In this document: positions 8,049 through 15,496 of the stretch, one piece after another
Numbering within the stretch: the first letter of the stretch is position 1
Layout: the number at the start of each line of letters is the position of its first letter
Origin: Prevotella sp.
GTDB lineage: Bacteria; Bacteroidota; Bacteroidia; Bacteroidales; Dysgonomonadaceae
Length of the DNA: 18,803 bases
Direction of reading: 5' to 3'
NCBI GenBank assembly: GCA_031285625.1
Contig: JAITVV010000083.1
Coordinates: forward strand, 1 to 18,803
Translations under genes and position numbers: made by a program
The notes under the pieces: model-generated
Seen by the model: the letters and a program-made list of their open reading frames with translations, nothing else
The model's database searches: none
What the model was told of the DNA's origin: nothing

Positions 8049-10301
8049 ATGAAAAGAATATTTCTGACAATAAGCATAGCTTTAGCAACAACCTGCCTGT
8101 CTGCACAGACAGAACCTGTCGACTATGTAAATCCATTTATAGGGACAACAAATTATGGAACAACAAATCCAGGAGCAATGTGTCCGCAGGGATTTATGTC
8201 TGTCACACCATTCAATGTAATGGGATCATCCGAGAACAAACGCGACAAAGACACCGGATGGTGGTCTACACCATACTCGTACGACAACAGTGTTTTTACA
8301 GGCTATGCACATGTTAATCTGAGCGGTGTAGGATGCCCCGAGATGGGAAGCCTGCTCTTGATGCCTATCAGCGGTGACCTTGAGGTAGATTACCGTAAAT
8401 ACGGAAGTAAATATAAAGATGAAAAAGCTACAGCCGGATATTATACTAATTATCTGACCAAATATAATATCAAGACTGAAGTAAGTGCAACCCAGCGAGT
8501 AGGCATTGCGCGCTTTACTTTTCCCAAAGGACAAAACCACATATTGCTCAATCTGGGCGAAGGGCTAACCAACGAAACAGGCGCTATGGTTCGCAAAGTA
8601 AGCGATACCGAAATAGAAGGGACAAAACTGCTGGGAACGTTCTGCTATACACAAAATCAGGCGGTATTCCCTATCTACTTTGTAATGCGTGTAAGCAAGA
8701 AACCTCAGAAATCTGGTTACTGGAAATTTCAGCGCCCCGGAGAAAAATGGGAAGAAGACTGGAATAAGGATGCCGGGAAATATAAAATATATACCAAGTA
8801 TGAAAAGGAGATAGCTGGCGATGATGTAGGTGCTTATTTCACATATGATTGTAAAGAAGGAGAAACAGTAGAGGTACAGATGGGTGTTTCCTTCGTGAGC
8901 ATTGAAAATGCACGCCTGAATCTCGAACAGGAACAACCTAAGCCAGACTTCGATGCTATCCGCCTTGCTGCACGTAAGATGTGGAACGATGACCTTTCAC
9001 GCATTCTGATAGAGGGAGGTACAGAAGATCAGAAAACAGTATTCTATACAGGGCTATATCATATGCTTATCCATCCTAATATACTACAGGATGTAAACGG
9101 ACAATATCCGGCAATGGAAAGTGCTGAAATAAAAACGACTAAAGAAAACCGCTATACAGTCTACTCATTATGGGATACATACCGCAATCTGCATCAGATG
9201 ATGACATTACTTTATCCTGACCGCCAGTTGCAAATGGTACGTACAATGGTGGACATGTATAAAGAATCGGGATGGATGCCGAAGTGGGAACTTTATTCCC
9301 GTGAATCGTTTACAATGGAAGGTGACCCTGCTATCCCTGTTATAACCGATACATGGCTAAAAGGCTTACGTGACTTTGATATCAATACAGCATACGAAGC
9401 ATTTATTAAATCAGCAACTACACCGGGATTACAAAATCTGTTACGACCAGATAACGACGATTATATGAAGCTGGGCTATGTACCATTAAGGGAAAAATAT
9501 GACAACTCAGTTTCTCATGCATTGGAATATTATATGGCAGACTGGACGCTTGCAGAGTTAGCAAAAGGTCTGGGTAAAAAAGAAGATGCCGAAAAATTCT
9601 ATAAACGTTCATTGGGTTACAAGCATTACTATAGTAAAGAATACGGTACGTTCAGACCGATATTGCCTAACGGAGAATTCTTAACTCCTTTTAGCCCGTT
9701 GCAAGGAGCCAATTTTGAGCCTAATCCGGGTTTCCATGAAGGAAATGCATGGAATTACACATTTGCTGTACCGCACGATATACCGGGACTAATGAAACTG
9801 ATGGGCGGAAAGAAGAGCTTTGTGGATAAACTACAGTCTGTGTTTGACAATGGTTATTTTGATGTTACCAACGAACCCGATATACATTATCCATACCTGT
9901 TCAGTCAGATAAAAGGTGAAGAGTGGCGTACCCAAAAACTTGTGAAGCAGATATTAGCTGATCATTTTACCAATGCTCCCGGCGGGCTCCCAGGCAATGA
10001 TGATACAGGAACCATTTCGGGATGGGCTGTTTTCAGTATGATGGGCTTCTATCCTGAATGCCCGGGAAAACCTGATTATACACTGACTACTCCTACATTC
10101 AATAAGATAACGATCAAACTTGACCCTAAACATTATAAGTCCGACAAAGTGGTTATTAATGTAATCAAGCCTCAGGATGCAGCTGCTGATTATATTAAGG
10201 AAGTAAGGGTAGATGGTAAAACATTAAACGGATACAGCCTTTCTCATGAGGCACTTACAGGAGCAAAAGAAATAACTTATATATTGAAACCGGGTAAATA
10301 G
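8049..10301 (+). CDS. Glycoside hydrolase family 92 alpha-mannosidase (alpha-1,2-mannosidase-like), secreted
   Basis: Signal peptide; YVNPFIGT, HVNLSGVGCP, VFYTGLYH, SLWDTYR, VSHALEY, FHEGNAWNY, NEPDIHYPY and GLPGNDDTG motifs. Confidence 0.95.
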   Translation: MKRIFLTISIALATTCLSAQTEPVDYVNPFIGTTNYGTTNPGAMCPQGFMSVTPFNVMGSSENKRDKDTGWWSTPYSYDNSVFTGYAHVNLSGVGCPEMGSLLLMPISGDLEVDYRKYGSKYKDEKATAGYYTNYLTKYNIKTEVSATQRVGIARFTFPKGQNHILLNLGEGLTNETGAMVRKVSDTEIEGTKLLGTFCYTQNQAVFPIYFVMRVSKKPQKSGYWKFQRPGEKWEEDWNKDAGKYKIYTKYEKEIAGDDVGAYFTYDCKEGETVEVQMGVSFVSIENARLNLEQEQPKPDFDAIRLAARKMWNDDLSRILIEGGTEDQKTVFYTGLYHMLIHPNILQDVNGQYPAMESAEIKTTKENRYTVYSLWDTYRNLHQMMTLLYPDRQLQMVRTMVDMYKESGWMPKWELYSRESFTMEGDPAIPVITDTWLKGLRDFDINTAYEAFIKSATTPGLQNLLRPDNDDYMKLGYVPLREKYDNSVSHALEYYMADWTLAELAKGLGKKEDAEKFYKRSLGYKHYYSKEYGTFRPILPNGEFLTPFSPLQGANFEPNPGFHEGNAWNYTFAVPHDIPGLMKLMGGKKSFVDKLQSVFDNGYFDVTNEPDIHYPYLFSQIKGEEWRTQKLVKQILADHFTNAPGGLPGNDDTGTISGWAVFSMMGFYPECPGKPDYTLTTPTFNKITIKLDPKHYKSDKVVINVIKPQDAAADYIKEVRVDGKTLNGYSLSHEALTGAKEITYILKPGK

Positions 10302-10307
10302 TATACT

Positions 10308-10378
10308 TTGTCATTCTGAGTGAAACGAAGAATCTCACCTTCTATACACGAGATTCTTCGTTTCACTCAGAATGACAA
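10308..10378. repeat. TGTCAT-type REP-like palindromic repeat, copy 2 (perfect 29-bp IR) between convergent genes
   Basis: TTGTCATTCTGAGTGAAACGAAGAATCTC (10308-10336), a 13-nt loop, then its exact reverse complement (10350-10378). Confidence 0.92.
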
Positions 10379-11577
10379 TCATTTTTATACCGTTCAAACT
10401 CGTCCTTAGACCTATTCACACAATCTTCGAGAGACAGACCATAGTAATAATTACCGAGCAAATAGATATTCTTATCTTTCCTTACAGACTGTACTTTTTC
10501 AGCCATATGCAGATGCTCGACACGCATAGCAGGTAAGCTATGTTCTATCGATTTTGTTTCAATAATATCCGGAGCAGAAATATCCAATACTTTACAAATC
10601 AAATCCAGCTTCTCTTCTTTACTCTTCCTTCCTTTTTCGAAATGAAATGTGAAGCTTCTGTATTTGTCATTCTCTATTAAGTCTCTCGAAACAGCCGACA
10701 AGAATTCGTCGGATAAAGAGATAATACCCGCAATTGGCTGCAGGTCCATCTTTTCTTTTGGTATAGTTATATTGATTGATTCAGACTCGAAGATTGGTAT
10801 TGAAGATAACAACTCCGCTAGCTCAGGCTCTATATCCTGTAATAACATTGACGATATTTTGGGGTTGGCAGCCATTGCTATATTTCGGGATTGGTAAGTT
10901 TGCCCGTTTCCGGTTATTATACAAAATAGCTCTCCTTGCTTTTTTATACCAATAACTTTTGATAATGTATCTACCTCAATATTGTCCTTCTCAATCACTG
11001 TGTTGATGAAAGTAGACAACCCCCCTTTAAAAGTAAACCTTCTGGAAATCTCTTTGTCCCTGTTCTTTCTCTTCTTCAGAAATATCTCGGCAGGATAATC
11101 ATCAGCAGGCTGACAAATAACAGCCTTAAAAGCATTCGTAAACAGTCGGTCATAATTAGAAGCACCCACTATCGGACGAAAATATTCACGTGTTGTTTTT
11201 CCTATTTTATCTGAGAAAAAATATTTAGGAAAGTGAAGCAAGCATGATAATTTAGATACCTCCGAACTAATGCTTTTAATTTTATCTGATGCATACAGTA
11301 CAAAGCTAAACTTGCTAAGTGGCGCTATTAAATCAGTTCTACCCAGATCTTTTACAATGGATAATAAGCTGGTATATGAATTGTAGCAAGTATGTGAACC
11401 CAGTTCGTACCAGAAATCGGAATCAGAAGACAGATGGCCTGTTTGCAGTTGTCCTCCGGTTCTTTCACCTTTTTCAAGTATCAATACCTTTCTGTCCTCC
11501 TTTTTCAGATAGTGGGCAAAAGAAACACCACTGAGGCCACCTCCCACTATAACACAATCATATACAGTCTCACTCAT
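10363..11577 (-). CDS. FAD-dependent oxidoreductase, divergent HemY/HemG (proto/coproporphyrinogen oxidase)-like
   Basis: Rossmann motif VIVGGGLSG...ILEK..RTGG, ELGSHT, FTFKGGLSTF, and C-terminal LLGNYYYGLSLEDCV resembling HemY. Clusters with hemN. ATG at 11577 preferred over GTG at 11583. Confidence 0.7.
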   Translation of the reverse strand: MSETVYDCVIVGGGLSGVSFAHYLKKEDRKVLILEKGERTGGQLQTGHLSSDSDFWYELGSHTCYNSYTSLLSIVKDLGRTDLIAPLSKFSFVLYASDKIKSISSEVSKLSCLLHFPKYFFSDKIGKTTREYFRPIVGASNYDRLFTNAFKAVICQPADDYPAEIFLKKRKNRDKEISRRFTFKGGLSTFINTVIEKDNIEVDTLSKVIGIKKQGELFCIITGNGQTYQSRNIAMAANPKISSMLLQDIEPELAELLSSIPIFESESINITIPKEKMDLQPIAGIISLSDEFLSAVSRDLIENDKYRSFTFHFEKGRKSKEEKLDLICKVLDISAPDIIETKSIEHSLPAMRVEHLHMAEKVQSVRKDKNIYLLGNYYYGLSLEDCVNRSKDEFERYKNDCHSE

Positions 11578-11598
11578 ATTCACAAAATTTGCTTAATA

Positions 11599-11606
11599 CA
11601 AATATA
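11599..11606 (-). promoter_or_regulatory. Possible -7 element for the HemY-like gene
   Basis: Minus strand TATATTTG about 20 nt upstream of the ATG. No clear -33 element. Confidence 0.4.
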
Positions 11607-11739
11607 CAAGGAATATTCTTCATTTATAATATCCAATATGTGTTAAATAAAGAGACTGTAACTTATGTGACACAATTATCGGAGTCGTATTCATATTTTT
11701 GATCTTGCATAGGTGTGCAAAAGATAAAGTAAGGAAAAT

Positions 11740-11787
11740 ATCACTACATCTAGTGATTGACAGCTATTTTTAGTTTCCCTACATTTG
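11740..11787 (+). promoter_or_regulatory. Promoter of the second TonB receptor with a palindromic operator
   Basis: Palindrome ATCACTA-CATC-TAGTGAT (11740-11757) overlaps ATTG (11756-11759), then 20 nt, then TACATTTG (11780-11787). Confidence 0.75.
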
Positions 11788-11829
11788 TCAATCAACTAAA
11801 AAAAACAATAATCAAGACACTTGATAAGA

Positions 11830-13923
11830 ATGAATTTTAAATATATTCTTCTGTTAACCTGTTTCGTATGTACCATTATTAATAGTATTCATGCTGATGA
11901 TATACCCATCGACAATGATTCTATTAAGATGAGGTATACAGCGAGAGAAGTAGTGATAGAGTCATTTAAGCAAAATAGTGACCTGTCTGTTCAGCCCATC
12001 TCTGCATCTATTCTTTCAGAGAGTGTTATCAAGGAAAATAACATAACCAATATAAAGGAAGTTACAGCTTTTGTCCCAAATCTGTTTATGCCGGATTATG
12101 GCTCCAAGATGACTTCTCCAGTCTATATACGGGGAATCGGTTCTGCAAAAAATGCTCCTTCAGTCGGGCTGTATGTGGACGGCGTTCCATACTTTGATCG
12201 TTCCACTCTCGATATAAATATCAATGATATAGATCGCATCGAAGTATTAAGAGGCCCGCAAGGAACTATTTACGGAAGAAATACAATGGGCGGTATTATC
12301 AATGTATTTACTAAATCACCACTAAAAACCACAGGCACCAATATTAATTTATCGGCAGGTAATTATAATACTTATCAGACAGGAGTTTCACATTATGGAA
12401 ATGTGGATAACAAAGTCGGTTACTCCCTTTCGGGAAACTATATGCATTCCGGCGGCTATTTTATGAATAAGACCACGGAAAAACGCGCTGACCCTATTGA
12501 TGCTATATCTACACGTGCACGATTGAGCTGGAGAATTATGCCGCGATTGACAGCAAATCTTATTCTGGCTTATGAATATTCAGACCAGGACGGATATCCA
12601 TATCGTATTTATAATAAAGAAACCAGGGAAGTGGAAGATATAAATTATAACTCCCGGAGTTTCTATCGCCGCAATATGTCCACCAACGGCCTGAATATAG
12701 AATACGTTACCGATAATTTTAAGCTGGGTTCTCAGACCTCTTTTCAGTTTTATGATGGCAAGCAGGGACTCGATCAGGATTTCTCGCCAATAGATCAATT
12801 TTACGTAGACTTCTATCAGCGGCAGCAAATGTACTCTCAGGAGTTTAATATCAAGTCGATAAGAGAAGACAGTAAATACAAATGGCAGTTTGGTCTTTTC
12901 GGATTTCACCAAAATTACTTTCAGATCAACGATGTTGACTACCGTACTACCGGAAAGCATGTATTACAAAATGTACATAACCCTACTGAAGGAGTGGCTG
13001 TATACCATCAGTCTACATTGAATGACATATTCATACCCGGGCTATCAGCCACATTTGGTATCCGCTACGACTGGGAAAGGACAAAATCGTCCCTGATACG
13101 CACAACTAAAGATCCGGGTGTAGAACCTATTATTGAACCGGAAGTAAAGGTAAAAGACCACTTCTCTCAGGTAACACCAAAGGCTTCGATCCAATATTCC
13201 TTCAACAGAGACGGATTAGTATATTTTTCTGCTACAAAAGGATATAAGACAGGGGGATTTAATAACACAGCCGATGAAGATAAAGACAGAACTTTCGATC
13301 CCGAACATAGCTGGTGCTACGAGTTAGGCTCCAAGTCAAGCTTCTTTGACAATCTGTTATACCTTGATCTTACCCTTTACTATATTAAATGGAATGATCA
13401 GCAAATATCCCAGACTAAGCCGACAGGACAAGGCTTCCTGATCCGTAATGCGGGAAAATCGGAAAGTAAGGGGATTGAATTTTCAGCACAAGTGAATCCT
13501 CTAAGGAATCTGAATTTCCAATTAACGTATGGTTATACCCATGCAAAATACAAAGAATACAAGGAGAGTGAAACGACCAACTATGATAACAACTATCTGC
13601 CAATGGTTCCTCAAAATACAGTAGCCATATCAGCAAATTATACAATAGAAACCAATCAGAGATGGCTGGATAATATTGTACTGAACGCGCAATATACCGG
13701 GGTTGGTAAATTATACTGGAACGATGCAAATGATATAGATCAGCCATTTTATGGATTGTATAGTGGAAAGATTTCTTTTGTAAAGAAGCTATTTTCACTG
13801 GATTTGTGGACTAAAAATATCGGTTCAAAAAACTATATAGCATATTACTTTAAGTCATCCGGCGATTTTGTACAAAGGGGGAAACCTTTTACTTGTGGAG
13901 TAAATTTGAATTTAAAGTTTTAA
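11830..13923 (+). CDS. TonB-dependent receptor (FyuA/pesticin-receptor-like plug)
   Basis: Signal peptide; VYIRGIG, VGLYVDGVP, IDRIEVLRGPQGTIYGRNTMGGIINV, KGYKTGGFN, NAGKSESKGIE; C-terminal GVNLNLKF. ATG at 11830 preferred over TTG at 11821. Confidence 0.92.
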   Translation: MNFKYILLLTCFVCTIINSIHADDIPIDNDSIKMRYTAREVVIESFKQNSDLSVQPISASILSESVIKENNITNIKEVTAFVPNLFMPDYGSKMTSPVYIRGIGSAKNAPSVGLYVDGVPYFDRSTLDININDIDRIEVLRGPQGTIYGRNTMGGIINVFTKSPLKTTGTNINLSAGNYNTYQTGVSHYGNVDNKVGYSLSGNYMHSGGYFMNKTTEKRADPIDAISTRARLSWRIMPRLTANLILAYEYSDQDGYPYRIYNKETREVEDINYNSRSFYRRNMSTNGLNIEYVTDNFKLGSQTSFQFYDGKQGLDQDFSPIDQFYVDFYQRQQMYSQEFNIKSIREDSKYKWQFGLFGFHQNYFQINDVDYRTTGKHVLQNVHNPTEGVAVYHQSTLNDIFIPGLSATFGIRYDWERTKSSLIRTTKDPGVEPIIEPEVKVKDHFSQVTPKASIQYSFNRDGLVYFSATKGYKTGGFNNTADEDKDRTFDPEHSWCYELGSKSSFFDNLLYLDLTLYYIKWNDQQISQTKPTGQGFLIRNAGKSESKGIEFSAQVNPLRNLNFQLTYGYTHAKYKEYKESETTNYDNNYLPMVPQNTVAISANYTIETNQRWLDNIVLNAQYTGVGKLYWNDANDIDQPFYGLYSGKISFVKKLFSLDLWTKNIGSKNYIAYYFKSSGDFVQRGKPFTCGVNLNLKF

Positions 13924-13978
13924 GGGATCGTGGAAAAATTATCTTATAGTAAGGGCAAAAAATTATGAGTTATAAGTG

Positions 13979-14027
13979 AAAAGTAACAATAGAAAATGTA
14001 GGAATAGTTGTAACCTTTGTCACTTTT
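13979..14027. repeat. Short inverted-repeat element (GTGACA/TGTCAC family), copy 2
   Basis: AAAAGTAACAA (13979-13989) / TTGTCACTTTT (14017-14027), one mismatch. Similar length and ends to 7895-7944. Confidence 0.6.
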
Positions 14028-14034
14028 TTGTTCC

Positions 14035-14114
14035 TGTCATGCTGACAACAGGAAGCATCTCGACTCATTCATCAAGGACAAAAGGTAAGAGATCCTTCGT
14101 TCCTCAGGATAACA
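14035..14114. repeat. TGTCAT-type REP-like palindromic repeat, copy 3 (variant)
   Basis: TGTCATGCTGACAACAGGAAGCATCTC ... GAGATCCTTCGTTCCTCAGGATAACA; same TGTCATnCTGA / GAAGnATCT scaffold. Confidence 0.75.
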
Positions 14115-14120
14115 AAGAGG

Positions 14121-14177
14121 AAAAGGAGATAGTAACACTAAAAAACAATAAAAAACCTGTTACCTTTGTCACCTTTT
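14121..14177. repeat. Short repeat element (GTGACA/TGTCAC family), copy 3
   Basis: AAAAACCTGTTACCTTTGTCACCTTTT (14151-14177) matches 7918-7944 at 26/27 positions. The left arm is degenerate. Confidence 0.65.
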
Positions 14178-14251
14178 AACAATTGTAAAATACGAAACAG
14201 CTACGTCAGCTTATTAATAACCGTTGCTGTAAACTGATAACCGAAATATAG

Positions 14252-15496
14252 ATGGGAGTAAACATACAAAAAGGAGGAAAACTATTCACATTCTTTTGCC
14301 TGTATATCGCGCAATCGATACCGATGAGTTTTTTCTCTACAGTCATACCTGTTATAATGAGGCAGAATAATTTCTCGCTCGAAACTATTGGTATGTTACA
14401 GTTACTGAAACTCCCATGGATACTAAAATTCCTGTGGTCTCCGGTTGTAGATCGCTCTACTTTCAGATTAGGCGATTTTAAGAGATGGATATTTTCATCA
14501 GAACTGATATATGCAACTATTATATTTGCAGTGTCTTTTCTTGATTTTCAGACAACGCCCTATCTTATTATCGGCCTTGTTATCCTCTCTTTTATAGCAT
14601 CTGCAACTCAGGATATTGCAACTGATTCTCTAGCTGTTTTATCATTTAGTAAGAAAGATAAAAGTCTGGCAAACAGTATGCAGTCAATGGGCAGTTTTGC
14701 CGGAGCAATGATCGGAGGCGGTGCTCTACTTCTGCTCTATCATAAATTCGGATGGGGAAACCTTTTGCCATTCCTTGCCTTGTTTGTCATTATAGCACTT
14801 GTACCTCTGATATTTTTCAGGAATGGACACAATCAGGATATTATAAGAGCCAGACAAGAAGAGAAAGCGACAACAAACGATATACTCGGTTTCTTCAAAC
14901 AGAAAGGGATATGGAAACAGATCGTATTCCTATTTCTATATTATGCAGGGCTCATTGGGGTTCTGGCCATGCTGAAACCAATGCTTGTAGATTATGGTTA
15001 TGATATGAAAGAGATCGGTATCATGTCGGGAATCGTAGGCACATCTATCGGTTGTCTTGCTTCGTTTGGCGGAGGATTTATTGTCAGGAAAATAGGAAGG
15101 CATGCGGCACGTATTTTGTTCGCAGTATGCACATTGGTGACTACAATCTATTTTTGCTTATTGGTTTCAGTTCTGCCCATTAATATAGCAACATTGCATC
15201 TGGGAATTTCACTATTGTGGGGAAGTTATGGGATAGCCGTAATTGTGGTATATACTACAGCCATGGACTGTGTCCGCCCGGGATTTGAAGGTACAGACTT
15301 TACTATACAAACGGTTATTACTCACCTCAGTGGGATTATTATGGGGGTAAGTTCAGGTAAAATAGCAGCGATGATAACCTATAAAGGCTTATTTGTTGTA
15401 GAAATGTGCATTGCAGCTGTTTCACTGGCATTTATCCTGTTTGCATTTAAACTTAAAGCACCAAAAGAAAAAGATGAAACAAGAATTACTGAATAA
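14252..15496 (+). CDS. MFS permease, AmpG/RhtX/FptX/YbtX family
   Basis: LYIAQSIPMSF, LPWILKFLWSPVVDR, SATQDIATD and EGTDFTIQ family motifs; about 12 hydrophobic helices. Confidence 0.88.
   Translation: MGVNIQKGGKLFTFFCLYIAQSIPMSFFSTVIPVIMRQNNFSLETIGMLQLLKLPWILKFLWSPVVDRSTFRLGDFKRWIFSSELIYATIIFAVSFLDFQTTPYLIIGLVILSFIASATQDIATDSLAVLSFSKKDKSLANSMQSMGSFAGAMIGGGALLLLYHKFGWGNLLPFLALFVIIALVPLIFFRNGHNQDIIRARQEEKATTNDILGFFKQKGIWKQIVFLFLYYAGLIGVLAMLKPMLVDYGYDMKEIGIMSGIVGTSIGCLASFGGGFIVRKIGRHAARILFAVCTLVTTIYFCLLVSVLPINIATLHLGISLLWGSYGIAVIVVYTTAMDCVRPGFEGTDFTIQTVITHLSGIIMGVSSGKIAAMITYKGLFVVEMCIAAVSLAFILFAFKLKAPKEKDETRITE

Noticed and set aside
8027-8317. 96-aa ORF overlapping the GH92 start
   Set aside because: Its ATG comes from the REP right arm and it lies out of frame inside GH92.
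375-13923. TonB receptors as SusC genes of a PUL with GH2/GH92
   Set aside because: Both are about 700-800 aa, lack SusC signature motifs, have no SusD partner and sit with iron/heme-type genes.
7895-14177. Repeats as a CRISPR array or IS ends
   Set aside because: Copies are dispersed and palindromic with no regular spacers, cas genes, transposase or clear target-site duplication.
13976-14179. 67-aa ORF between the receptor and the MFS gene
   Set aside because: GTG start and made almost entirely of repeat modules, so most likely spurious.
14197-14230. Weak hairpin ACAGCtACG...CGTtGCTGT upstream of the MFS gene
   Set aside because: Imperfect stem, no U-tract and no recognisable RNA family.
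15411-15473. Extended hemN N-terminus in the ORF track
   Set aside because: Non-ATG start deep inside the MFS gene; ATG at 15474 gives a normal-length HemN of 455 aa.
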